NCBI GenBank assembly: GCA_047947115.1
Contig: CP170459.1
Coordinates: 3,424,001 to 3,488,000 of the forward strand
Direction: 5' to 3'
DNA: 64,000 nt
DNA from: Verrucomicrobiota bacterium
Lineage (GTDB): Bacteria; Verrucomicrobiota; Verrucomicrobiia; Limisphaerales; AAA164-E04
Numbering within the stretch: position 1 is the first letter of the stretch; each line of letters opens with the position of its first letter. Shown here one piece after another: positions 11,838 through 21,273 of this stretch. The notes beneath the pieces are model-generated. The model was not told the origin of the DNA, ran no database searches, and worked only from the letters and a program-made list of their open reading frames with translations. A program made the position numbers and the translations under genes.

Positions 11838-13208
11838 ATGTTTGAGTCGTTATCCGGCAAGTTACAGGGTGTTTTTAAGGATTTAAGGGGATTGGGCAAG
11901 ATCAGCGAGTCCAATGTCTCGGAATCCCTTCGTGAGGTGCGTCTGGCGTTGTTGGATGCCGATGTCAATTTCAAGGTTGCCAAGCAGTTCATTGCTAACG
12001 TCAGGGAAAAGGCCATTGGCGAGAAGGTGATTCAAAGCATCCACCCTGGGCAGCAAATCATCAAGATCATCAACGACGAACTGGTGGAACTCCTTGGTTC
12101 ACAGAATGCCGAGCTGAAACTCGACGCCAAGCCTTCCAGCATGATGATGGTGGGGCTTCACGGGGCTGGTAAAACGACCTCCAGCGGCAAACTGGCCAAG
12201 TGGCTGATGAAACAGGGGCGAAAACCCCTCCTGGTGGCGGCCGACGTGTATCGTCCCGCCGCGATGGACCAGTTGGAGGCCTTGGGCAAGCAGATGAACA
12301 TTCCCACCGTGGTTCGGCGCGGCGAAAAGGATGTGCTCGTCATCGCCAGGGAGGCAAAAAGGGAGGCTGCCGAGCGCGAGTGTGACGTGTTGATTTTCGA
12401 TACAGCGGGGCGTCTTCAAATCGACGAGGTGCTGGTGCAGGAACTGGTAAGATTGCGTGACGATATCAAGCCTCAGGAAATCCTGCTGGTGCTCGATGCG
12501 GCAACTGGTCAGGAAGCGGTCAATGTGGCCACGCATTTCGATGAGGCGCTCGATATTTCCGGAGCCATTTTGACCAAACTCGACGGTGACGCACGCGGTG
12601 GAGCAGCCTTGAGTTTGAAATCCGTCACCGGAAAACCCATCAAATTTGCGGGTGCCGGTGAAAAGCTTGAGGATTTCGAACCGTTCCATCCTGAACGTAT
12701 GGCGACCCGCATTCTGGGGATGGGCGATGTGGTCAGTCTGGTGGAAAAAGCAGCGGAGAACGTCGATATGGACGAGGCCCGCAAGTTGGAAGAGAAAATG
12801 CGCAAGGGCGTGTTTACTCTGGACGATTTTCTCGATCAATTGCGCCAGATGAAACGCCTGGGACCGCTGGAATCCATCGTCAAAATGCTGCCCGGAGGGG
12901 CCGACATGGTCGGTGGTGCGGACTTGAGCAAGCATGAAAAGGAATTTCGACGCATGGAGGCAATGATCTGCGCGATGACTCCGGAAGAGCGCAACCGCCC
13001 TCAGATCCTGAATGCCAAACGCCGTCAACGTATTGCAAAGGGCAGCGGGGTGCGTGTGGCTGAGTTGAACAATCTGATGAATCGATTCGGTCAGATGCAG
13101 AAAATGATGCGCAAGATGGGTAAAATGCAGAAAATGATGGGCAAAATGGGTGGCAAAATGGCATCAAAAATGGCCGGTCGCATGGGGGCCGGTTTTCGCA
13201 TGCGTTAA
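11838..13208 (+). CDS. ffh: Signal recognition particle protein
   Basis: GLHGAGKTT, DVYRPAA, DTAGR, TKLDGDARGGAALS, RILGMGD and a Met-rich M domain. Confidence 0.98.
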   Translation: MFESLSGKLQGVFKDLRGLGKISESNVSESLREVRLALLDADVNFKVAKQFIANVREKAIGEKVIQSIHPGQQIIKIINDELVELLGSQNAELKLDAKPSSMMMVGLHGAGKTTSSGKLAKWLMKQGRKPLLVAADVYRPAAMDQLEALGKQMNIPTVVRRGEKDVLVIAREAKREAAERECDVLIFDTAGRLQIDEVLVQELVRLRDDIKPQEILLVLDAATGQEAVNVATHFDEALDISGAILTKLDGDARGGAALSLKSVTGKPIKFAGAGEKLEDFEPFHPERMATRILGMGDVVSLVEKAAENVDMDEARKLEEKMRKGVFTLDDFLDQLRQMKRLGPLESIVKMLPGGADMVGGADLSKHEKEFRRMEAMICAMTPEERNRPQILNAKRRQRIAKGSGVRVAELNNLMNRFGQMQKMMRKMGKMQKMMGKMGGKMASKMAGRMGAGFRMR

Positions 13209-13250
13209 GGCTTCGACTTGTGCCGGGAGGATTTTGATATAGGTTGAGGC

Positions 13251-13508
13251 ATGACTCTCGAAACCGTATTCTCAAGTTTTAGTTCCGCCGAAGCTCAGAT
13301 GATTGCCGCTCGTCTGGAGACCGCCGGTTTTCATCCGACAGTCACCGATGAAATTGCTTCGATGAGCATGGATGGGTATTCCATGGCCACAGGCGGGATT
13401 CGCATCAAGGTTCCGCACAAAGAAAAAAAAGGCGCCCGTGGTTTGGTGGAGAGTCTGCTCTCGGAGGAATCCACCGAAACGGATCAGGTCCCTTTATCGA
13501 AGGAATGA
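13251..13508 (+). CDS. DUF2007-like small putative signal-transducing protein
   Basis: EAQMIAARLETAGF...DE...GGIRIKVP pattern. Its stop overlaps the next start (ATGA). Confidence 0.7.
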   Translation: MTLETVFSSFSSAEAQMIAARLETAGFHPTVTDEIASMSMDGYSMATGGIRIKVPHKEKKGARGLVESLLSEESTETDQVPLSKE

Positions 13509-14893
13509 GTCACCCAAATTTTCAATCCCTTCAAAAAGAACTCAAACGCGGCGAGCTGTACATGGACGCGGCGACGCTGGAAGCTTATTCCGGCGACAAA
13601 TGGTTTGCCGTGGCCCAGCCCGAGGCGGTGGCGTTTCCTCGAAGCACCGAGTCGGTTTCAAAAATCCTGAAATGGGCGAACAAGCACCAGATTCCCGCCA
13701 CGGCGCGGGGGGCGGGGCATGGTTATGTGGGGGGCTGTGTTCCTGTGCGTCGTGGTATCGTGATCTCGCTGGAAAAAATGAATCGCATCCGGGAGATTCA
13801 TGAAACCGATTTTGTGGCGGTGGTGCAGGCAGGCGTGATCACCGCCGATCTTCAGTCCAAGGCCGAGGAAAAGCGTTTGTGCTACCCGCCTGATCCGGCA
13901 AGCCGTGCCCATTGCAGTATCGGTGGCAACATCGCCACCAATGCCGGTGGACCACGTTGCCTGAAATACGGAGTGACCCGCGACTATCTGCTGGGTGCTG
14001 AAGTGGTGCTTGCGGATGGAACCGTTGTTCATACCGGCGGACGTACTCACAAAAACAAAACCGGATTTGATTTACATCGCTTGTTTGTCGGTTCGGAGGG
14101 TTTGCTTGGTATTGTGACCGAGGCCACCTTGAAACTCATTCCATTACCTCCTTATCGCGCCGCTTTGTCGATTGGTGTGGAAAGCACCGCAATGGCGGCG
14201 CGTATCCTTGGTAAGGTGTTTCAGGCGGGGTTTCTGCCCAGTGCTTTGGAGATCGCCGATCATTTCACCCTTCAAGCCGCCATGAAACGGACTGGGAGTT
14301 ACATGTTCGAAGGGTGTGAAGCCCACCTCATTATCGAGCTGGACGGACAGGAATCGTCCGTTCGATCCGAGCTGCGAACCCTGACCCAACTCATCCAGGA
14401 GGAAAACCCCAACTTCATCAAAAAGGGGCTTGGCAATGAAGGGTGCGAACAGATCTGGCAGATTCGGCGTGAGTTTTCTTACGCCCTGCGCGATACCGGG
14501 CTTACGAAATTGAACGAAGACATCGTGGTCCCTCGTAGCCGATTGGAGGAGTTGTTCAAGTTTGCAGAGCGCTTGCAGAGAAAGTTTGGCATTCCTGTGG
14601 CATGTTTCGGGCATGCCGGAGACGGGAATATTCACGTCAATGTCATGATTGATCAATCAGATCCACAACAGGAGGAACAGGGCCGAAAGGTGTTGGATGC
14701 GTTGTTTGCTCAGGTTCTGAAATGGAAGGGGGCGATCACCGGTGAGCATGGTGTGGGATTGGCTAAAATGCCCTGGCTGGATCTGGCTTTATCGCCTGAG
14801 AATCTGAAGCTGCACCAGACCTTGAAAGCGGCTTTGGATCCCAATGGTATTCTGAATCCTGGCAAGTTCGTGCCTGAGCCCGGAGGAAGGTAA
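13505..14893 (+). CDS. FAD-linked oxidase, GlcD/D-2-hydroxyacid dehydrogenase family
   Basis: YPPDPAS, SIGGNIATNAGG, KYGVTRDY, GSEGLLG, GHAGDGNIH, ITGEHGVG, LDPNGILNPGK. Confidence 0.9.
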   Translation: MSHPNFQSLQKELKRGELYMDAATLEAYSGDKWFAVAQPEAVAFPRSTESVSKILKWANKHQIPATARGAGHGYVGGCVPVRRGIVISLEKMNRIREIHETDFVAVVQAGVITADLQSKAEEKRLCYPPDPASRAHCSIGGNIATNAGGPRCLKYGVTRDYLLGAEVVLADGTVVHTGGRTHKNKTGFDLHRLFVGSEGLLGIVTEATLKLIPLPPYRAALSIGVESTAMAARILGKVFQAGFLPSALEIADHFTLQAAMKRTGSYMFEGCEAHLIIELDGQESSVRSELRTLTQLIQEENPNFIKKGLGNEGCEQIWQIRREFSYALRDTGLTKLNEDIVVPRSRLEELFKFAERLQRKFGIPVACFGHAGDGNIHVNVMIDQSDPQQEEQGRKVLDALFAQVLKWKGAITGEHGVGLAKMPWLDLALSPENLKLHQTLKAALDPNGILNPGKFVPEPGGR

Positions 14894-15037
14894 CGATTTG
14901 TTTTACACGCGCAGACACGGAGTTGCCGGGTGGGGGAAGAATGCAATGTCACAGACTTGCCACTTGGACGGCTGTTCTACGTTGGGAAGCCACGAGGAGC
15001 TTCGATTCTTCCTTGTTGTTCCAACGACTGATTTCCT

Positions 15038-18000
15038 TTGCCTCAGTGGCTGCATGAGGCTAGCATGGTTGCATCAATCACCCGAAGACACACCCACAAC
15101 ATGGTGAGTCCGCTTGTGGTGATGGGATTGAAAGTCCAATTGTTCAAGATGATGCAACATATCAGTGATTTTCCCATTCAAAGAAAGGCACGCCTGAGCT
15201 GGTTGACCGGACGGCTTGGTGTGGCCTTTTGCCTGACGCTTTCTGCCGATGATGTTCCAGCGTTTTCCGATCAGGATATTCAATTCTTTGAACGTCGCAT
15301 CCGCCCCGTTTTGGCCGAGTCCTGCTACAGATGCCACAGTCATCAATCGGAAAAGCTGAAGGGTGGGCTTTTACTCGATTCTCGCCAAGGCTTTCTCCAT
15401 GGAGGTGATTCAGGTAGCTCCATCGATTTGGGGCAGCCTGAACGCAGCAGCCTGCTGGAAGCGATTCGGTATCAGAACGTCGATCTGCAGATGCCCCCCA
15501 AAACCAAGCTGAAAGATGAACAGATTCGTGATTTTGAAACCTGGGTCGCGAAAGGATTGCCTTGGCCGGACGAACCTGAACCCACCAAGTCTTCCAGTGA
15601 AAAGGACGAATTTGATCTGGAAGAGCGCAAGGCGCAACATTGGGTCTGGAACCCTCCGGTGCGGCATGCCTTGCCGGATGTGAAAGCCGAGACTTGGGTC
15701 AAACAACCCATTGATCGTTTTCTGCTCAACCGGATGGAACGTGAAGGCATTGAACCGGCTTTCCCTGCGGATCAACGCACGCTTCTTCGTCGAACGTATC
15801 TGATTCTTACAGGATTGCTGCCGTCTCCTGACCAAGTGGACGCATTTCTAGCCGACCAGGATGAAAATGCTTATGACAAAGTGGTCGATCGCCTGTTGGA
15901 TTCGGTTGCGTTTGGTGAACGTTGGGCACGTCATTGGCTGGATCTGGTCCGGTATGCGGAGACGATGGGACATGAATTCGATTATGAAATTCCCAACGCA
16001 TGGCGTTATCGGGACTATGTGATCCGGGCGTTCAATGAAGATGTGCCTTTCAATCAGTTCGCAATGGAACATATCGCTGGAGATTTATTGGAAAAACCAA
16101 GACGAAGGACCGATACGGGCGAAAATGAATCGGTGATTGGAACCGGCTTTTATTGGCTGGGGCAGCAGGTGCATTCTCCGGTGGACATTCGCATGAATCA
16201 ACTGGATGTCCTGGACAACCAGATCGATGTGTTGAGCAAAACCTTTCAGGCTCTGACGGTGACCTGTGCCAGGTGCCACGACCACAAATTCGATGCCATC
16301 ACCACCCAGGATTTTTACGGATTGTTTGGAGTATTGAAGAGTTCCCGTTATCAGCAAACGACATTATCCCCATCAGATCGCATCGAGCCACATCTGGATA
16401 CGCTTCATACCTTGCAATCCGAAGCCCGCGGCCTGCTTCAAAACGCCGGGTTGCTTTCGGTTGATACTGGTTTGGAAACTGGCGGTTTTGATTCGGATAT
16501 TCAGGTGTTGGGCGATATGCGCCTGGGACGGTTTGCGGATTGGCTGTTTGATGACGAAGCGCTTAAGAACGATCCATTCGTAAAGCCGGGTGACCTGGTC
16601 AGTCGCCCCGGAGAACATGCGGTCAAAGTGGCGACTCGTGAGTCGATTGATTCCGCCAAATGGTCGACTCAATTGCAAGGGTCTCTGCGGTCCCCGACCT
16701 TTGACATCAAGCACCGCTACCTGCATGTGCTTGCTGCCGGGCATCAATCGCGTGTGAATGTGGTCATCGATAATTTCAACCTCATACGCGCGCCGATTTA
16801 CGGCGGGCTGAAAAAGAATCTCGATAAAGAGGAAGCTGAATGGAAAACGTTCGATCTCGATATGTGGGGGGGGCACGAAGCCTATGTGGAACTTAAGGAT
16901 ACGGTTCATGCTGACCTGTCCGGAGGCGGCGCGCATGGCGCTGATGCATGGTTTTCTGTTGAATCGGTCGTGGCATCCGCTGATTCGAAACCTCCGGGCA
17001 GGGTTCAGGCAGACTTCAAACTGGAGGCATCCAATCAGCCCGATACACTCGCTGCTCTCATGGAGAAATACGGTCAGGTGGCTCGTGAAATATCCATTGC
17101 CCCGGTAGCGGTCTCCATGACCGATGGCAATGGGGTGGATGAGTCTGTCTTTATCAGAGGGAACCCCAAGCGACTTGGTGATCCCGTCAGGCGAGGTTTT
17201 ATTTCTGCATTGAAGGATGTTGATCATGCACCGCAGGGGTCCGGCCGCCTCGATCTTGCCAGGCATATCACTTCACCCGACAACCCCCTTACCGCTCGTG
17301 TTTACGTCAATCGGGTATGGCACCATCTTTTTGGTCAGGGCATTGTTCCGACGGTGGATGATTTCGGTGTGTTGGGGCAACGGCCAAGTCATCCGGAATT
17401 GTTGGATTGGTTGGCTGTCTGGTTCATGAATGAAGGGCGATGGTCGACCAAGAAACTGGTCCGAATGCTGGTTCTTTCGAGTGCGTTTCAAATGGATTCC
17501 GTTGCTGGGAATCCCGAAATGGATCAAAAGGACGCCGGCAATGTGCTGCTGCACAAAATGCGCGTGCGAAGGTTGGAAGGCGAATCGATCCGTGATGCCA
17601 TCCTGAAAGTTTCGGGTCGATTGGATCCAACTCCATTCGGACCTTCCGAGAAGATTCACCTGACCTCTTTCATGACGGGGCGAGGACGTCCGGGTAAAAG
17701 TGGCGAGTTGGATGGCGGACGCCGGCGCAGCATTTATGTGGAAGTGCGGCGTAATTTCCTTTCTCCTTTTCTGACCACATTTGACACCCCGATTCCATTC
17801 ACAACCTTTGGGCGTCGCGCCCAATCCAATGTTCCGGCCCAGTCTTTGATTTTGATGAATGATCCGTTTGTGCTGCAACAATCTGAAGCCTGGGCAGAGC
17901 GAGTCATCGCCATGGAAGGCTCCTTTGCTTCGAAATTGACTTACATGTATGAAACGGCCTTGGGAAGGCTGCCGACTTCCAGAGAGATGGAAGCCGCCCG

Positions 18001-18130
18001 AGAATTTGTGGTGGGGCAGCAATCCGACATGGCCACTGGTAAACAGGATGCCGGTGAGGTCGAGAAGCGTTTGTGGACGGATCTTTGTCACGTAATTTTC
18101 AATATCAAAGAGTTCATTTATATTCATTAA
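15038..18130 (+). CDS. PSCyt1/DUF1549/DUF1553 cytochrome c domain protein; true start probably ATG 15100 or 15149
   Basis: FFERRIRPVLAESCYRCHS, WARHWLDLVRYAET, CARCHDHKFD, ARVYVNRVWHHLFG, PSHPELLDWLA, PAQSLILMN. Confidence 0.88.
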   Translation: MPQWLHEASMVASITRRHTHNMVSPLVVMGLKVQLFKMMQHISDFPIQRKARLSWLTGRLGVAFCLTLSADDVPAFSDQDIQFFERRIRPVLAESCYRCHSHQSEKLKGGLLLDSRQGFLHGGDSGSSIDLGQPERSSLLEAIRYQNVDLQMPPKTKLKDEQIRDFETWVAKGLPWPDEPEPTKSSSEKDEFDLEERKAQHWVWNPPVRHALPDVKAETWVKQPIDRFLLNRMEREGIEPAFPADQRTLLRRTYLILTGLLPSPDQVDAFLADQDENAYDKVVDRLLDSVAFGERWARHWLDLVRYAETMGHEFDYEIPNAWRYRDYVIRAFNEDVPFNQFAMEHIAGDLLEKPRRRTDTGENESVIGTGFYWLGQQVHSPVDIRMNQLDVLDNQIDVLSKTFQALTVTCARCHDHKFDAITTQDFYGLFGVLKSSRYQQTTLSPSDRIEPHLDTLHTLQSEARGLLQNAGLLSVDTGLETGGFDSDIQVLGDMRLGRFADWLFDDEALKNDPFVKPGDLVSRPGEHAVKVATRESIDSAKWSTQLQGSLRSPTFDIKHRYLHVLAAGHQSRVNVVIDNFNLIRAPIYGGLKKNLDKEEAEWKTFDLDMWGGHEAYVELKDTVHADLSGGGAHGADAWFSVESVVASADSKPPGRVQADFKLEASNQPDTLAALMEKYGQVAREISIAPVAVSMTDGNGVDESVFIRGNPKRLGDPVRRGFISALKDVDHAPQGSGRLDLARHITSPDNPLTARVYVNRVWHHLFGQGIVPTVDDFGVLGQRPSHPELLDWLAVWFMNEGRWSTKKLVRMLVLSSAFQMDSVAGNPEMDQKDAGNVLLHKMRVRRLEGESIRDAILKVSGRLDPTPFGPSEKIHLTSFMTGRGRPGKSGELDGGRRRSIYVEVRRNFLSPFLTTFDTPIPFTTFGRRAQSNVPAQSLILMNDPFVLQQSEAWAERVIAMEGSFASKLTYMYETALGRLPTSREMEAAREFVVGQQSDMATGKQDAGEVEKRLWTDLCHVIFNIKEFIYIH

Positions 18131-18135
18131 TCATC

Positions 18136-19584
18136 ATGTATCCCTGCGGAAAATTTTCTCGAAAACACATGACGCGACGTGATGCTTTGAGTCGGGTGGC
18201 ACATGGATTCGGTGCTGTTGCTCTCACATCCTTGCTTCAAAACAAGTCTCTCGCGTCATCGGGCTTTTCTGCCGCGGTGGTTGATCCATTGCGCCCGTTG
18301 ACGGTGAAACGTCCGCATTTCCCCCCCAAAGCGAAGCGGGTTATCATGCTTTACATGGACGGAGGCCCATCCCAGATGGACACATTCGATCCCAAACCCA
18401 GGTTGACCGCGGATCATGGCAAGCCTTTTGCCATGAAAATGGAGCCCACCCAGTTCAACAACAACGGCAATACCTTTGGCTCGCCCTGGACCTTCAAACA
18501 GTATGGTCAAAGCGGCATGCCGGTCAGTGAATTGTTTCCACACGTTTCCGGTTGTGTGGATGACATGTGCTTCGTGCGGTCCATGGTTTCCGAATTTTCC
18601 GAGCACACCAATGCCAACTACTTTCTTCACACCGGACTGGGGCTGAGTGGACGTCCCAGCGCGGGCGCGTGGGTGACTTATGGATTGGGGAGCGAAAATG
18701 AGAATCTGCCTGGTTTTGTTGTGCTCAACGGCGGGTTAACCCCTCCGGGTGGTTTGGATAATTTTTCCAGCGGTTTTCTTCCTTCGGCTTATCAAGGGTC
18801 TGTGTTTCGGCCCGAGAACCCACCTGTTGCGAATATCAATCCGACCGAAGCGAAGGCCTCTTTACAACAGCGCAAACTTGGTTTGCTGGAGCAACTCGAT
18901 CAGGTTTCTTTGGAACAGCTGGGACATGCCGAACCGGTGGAATCCGCGATTGCCAACTATGAACTCGCCTTTCGGATGCAATCCGCCGTCCCGGAACTCA
19001 TGGACATCAGCGGCGAAACCGAAACAACACGCCGGATGTATGGTTTGGAATCCGAATACAAACCCACACAAATTTTTGGGACCGAGTGTCTGTTGGCGCG
19101 TCGTTTGGTGGAACGCGGCGTGCGCTTTATCGAATTGACCTGTCCGCAAGTCGGCGGAGATCGCTGGGATCAACACGGCGGTTTGAAATCCGGACACACC
19201 AACAACGCGCGAGCGGTCGATCAACCCATTGCAGCCTTGTTAAAAGATCTGAAGGGCAGGGGATTGCTGGACGAAACCCTGGTCATCTGGGCGGGTGAAT
19301 TTGGTCGTACGCCGTTTTCACAAGGTTCCGATGGACGTGATCATAACCCGTTTGGATTCACCATCTGGATGGCAGGGGGCGGCGTCAAAGGCGGAGTTGC
19401 CTATGGTGCTACGGATGAATTTGGCTATAAAGCAGTGGAAAACCGAGTGGAGATCTACGATCTGCATGCCACGATGTTACACCTGCTGGGCATGAACCAT
19501 GAACATTTGACCTTCCGGTTTGGGGGGCGCGACATGCGTCTCACCGATGTGCATGGGCAGGTGCTGCATGAGGTATTGGTCTAG
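18136..19584 (+). CDS. DUF1501 family protein, Tat-like signal
   Basis: MTRRDAL, AKRVIMLYMDGGPSQMDTFDPKP, WDQH, GEFGRTP, GRDHNP. ATG 18136 is 5 bp after the upstream stop. Confidence 0.9.
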   Translation: MYPCGKFSRKHMTRRDALSRVAHGFGAVALTSLLQNKSLASSGFSAAVVDPLRPLTVKRPHFPPKAKRVIMLYMDGGPSQMDTFDPKPRLTADHGKPFAMKMEPTQFNNNGNTFGSPWTFKQYGQSGMPVSELFPHVSGCVDDMCFVRSMVSEFSEHTNANYFLHTGLGLSGRPSAGAWVTYGLGSENENLPGFVVLNGGLTPPGGLDNFSSGFLPSAYQGSVFRPENPPVANINPTEAKASLQQRKLGLLEQLDQVSLEQLGHAEPVESAIANYELAFRMQSAVPELMDISGETETTRRMYGLESEYKPTQIFGTECLLARRLVERGVRFIELTCPQVGGDRWDQHGGLKSGHTNNARAVDQPIAALLKDLKGRGLLDETLVIWAGEFGRTPFSQGSDGRDHNPFGFTIWMAGGGVKGGVAYGATDEFGYKAVENRVEIYDLHATMLHLLGMNHEHLTFRFGGRDMRLTDVHGQVLHEVLV

Positions 19585-19585
19585 G

Positions 19586-20020
19586 CTAATCAACAGGATT
19601 CCACACTGACCGGAAACCTAGTTGTTCGAAGTCCTTCACATTGGCCGTTACAAATTCATCGACCCCGTGGTATTGGAGCGTCAATGCTAGTCTTACATCG
19701 AAAATCCTCCTTTGGGCAAACTGGGTGCCTGAAGCATATTCCCAAACCTTATCCATGACAGGGGCATATTCGATACGGGATACATTTTGGAATTGCCAGT
19801 AAGATTTTACAATTTCGGTTGCCTTTCTAGGGGTAAGGGGATGTCTCATGACCACTTGGTTTCGGAGATTGTTATATAATTCCACTAGCACGTAGTCGGC
19901 TATGGCGATGCGCCGAGTGCGGTCTCCAAGGCATTGATTCAAAAATTGGACAGCTGGGACATGAAATTTGGAGGATGGGTTCAGGGAGTAGAGCAAAATG
20001 TTTGTGTCGATGCCGATCAT
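19586..20020 (-). CDS. vapC: PIN-domain toxin, VapC family
   Basis: IGIDTNILLY, VLVELY, IFDVRLA, TANVKDF acidic PIN motifs. Confidence 0.85.
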   Translation of the reverse strand: MIGIDTNILLYSLNPSSKFHVPAVQFLNQCLGDRTRRIAIADYVLVELYNNLRNQVVMRHPLTPRKATEIVKSYWQFQNVSRIEYAPVMDKVWEYASGTQFAQRRIFDVRLALTLQYHGVDEFVTANVKDFEQLGFRSVWNPVD

Positions 20021-20026
20021 ACTGAG

Positions 20027-20275
20027 TTAATGGATGGGCTTGATCTCATCTTGAAATGCCAAGTCCTTGAAATCCAAGGTGTCAAAATTTTTAGCAAAAT
20101 GATCTGCTCGTATCAGCGGAAGTTTCACACTCTTGTTTGGAATTGGGGGATGTGTGCGACTCATATACTCCAGTCCCCTTCGCATGACTTCCGCAAATGA
20201 AATCTCTCGTTCCTTGGCAATTCGTTTGGCCTGAGCGTAGAGATCTTCGGGAATTTGTACCTGTGTTTTAACCAT
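20027..20275 (-). CDS. Ribbon-helix-helix antitoxin, VapB-like
   Basis: MVKTQVQIPEDLYAQAKRIAKEREISFAEVMRRGLE, located 6 bp upstream of the PIN gene. Confidence 0.8.
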   Translation of the reverse strand: MVKTQVQIPEDLYAQAKRIAKEREISFAEVMRRGLEYMSRTHPPIPNKSVKLPLIRADHFAKNFDTLDFKDLAFQDEIKPIH

Positions 20276-20310
20276 GATGGCAAATTGCCATTATGGTGAT
20301 AGGTTGTCAA
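20271..20310 (-). promoter_or_regulatory. Toxin-antitoxin promoter with overlapping palindromic operator
   Basis: Minus strand TTGACA-N17-CAATTT-N6-ATG. Palindrome ACCATGATGGCAA-A-TTGCCATTATGGT at 20271-20297 with 12/13 arm match. Confidence 0.7.
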
Positions 20311-20346
20311 TAATTGGTTTGGGTATCGGTTATTAGATTGACTTAT

Positions 20347-21249
20347 TTAGCCGGATGGACTGGATTTCCGAGCAATCAAGATCCCTGTGAGAATAATGAT
20401 GCCTCCAACCATTTGGTTAATACTCATGGATTCCTTCAGTAAAATCCAGGCTGCCATCGCCGCTACCAATGGTTGGAAGAGTAAACTGACAGCTGAAAAG
20501 GATGCCGGAAGGTGTGCGAATCCGTAGGCGATGAATCCTTGTCCCAGCACTTGTCCGGTGACCGCCAATGCCAGCAACACCCACCAACCTTTTGCTGTTT
20601 GCGGGATCATGGGTTCTCCCATGATCAGTGTGAACAGGCATAGGGCCACAGCACTGAAGATGGCGGTTCGCGCCATGAGAGGAGCGGTGGCAACGGATTG
20701 ACGGAGGTGTTTGAGGGAAATCATGTATCCCGCATAGAAAACGGCCGCCACGATGGCGATCAGGTCCCCATACAGATTGGATTTTGAAGTGCTCAGGCTG
20801 GCGCCAGTCAGGAGGACGGCGCCGGACATGGTCAAAAGCATGCCTCCCACAAAGCCTTTGCTGATATGTTCATTGAAAAGAAATCGAGCCGCAATGGTCA
20901 CGAAGATGGGAGCGGCATTCGCCAACAGGGTGGCATTGGCCACGGTGGTATGATGGATGGATTCATGCCAGAAAGCCATGTCCAGGGCAAACATCAATCC
21001 GGCCAGCGCAAACCATTTGAGAGCCGGCATGGGTTTGTTCAGGATTTGCTTTTTTTTGTCCTGCTTGATATCCCAGGTTTGCCAGATCCAGAGCAGCGGC
21101 AACGCCAACAGTAAACGGTGGAATGCTGTGGAAACAGGCCCCAGTTCGCTCAATCGCACCCAGATCGGGGCCAGCCCAATGCATCCAGCGCCTGCCAGAA
21201 CCGACAGGAATCCAAGGTGCTCAGGCTTGAGGCGTTGTTTGGTGTTCAT
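20347..21249 (-). CDS. DMT/EamA family transporter
   Basis: About 10 hydrophobic segments in two repeats; TTVANATLLANAAPIF and FQPLVAAMAAWILLKE. Confidence 0.9.
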   Translation of the reverse strand: MNTKQRLKPEHLGFLSVLAGAGCIGLAPIWVRLSELGPVSTAFHRLLLALPLLWIWQTWDIKQDKKKQILNKPMPALKWFALAGLMFALDMAFWHESIHHTTVANATLLANAAPIFVTIAARFLFNEHISKGFVGGMLLTMSGAVLLTGASLSTSKSNLYGDLIAIVAAVFYAGYMISLKHLRQSVATAPLMARTAIFSAVALCLFTLIMGEPMIPQTAKGWWVLLALAVTGQVLGQGFIAYGFAHLPASFSAVSLLFQPLVAAMAAWILLKESMSINQMVGGIIILTGILIARKSSPSG

Positions 21250-21273
21250 TGATTCAGCATAACTCGCGGCGCA

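Noticed and set aside
13090..13205. Short direct repeats (ATGCAGAAAATGATG) at the end of ffh
   Set aside because: They encode the normal Met/Lys/Gly-rich tail of the M domain.
14894..15100. Cobalamin or other riboswitch upstream of the cytochrome gene
   Set aside because: Only isolated GGGAA/GCCAC words are present, with no consistent B12-box or supporting stems.
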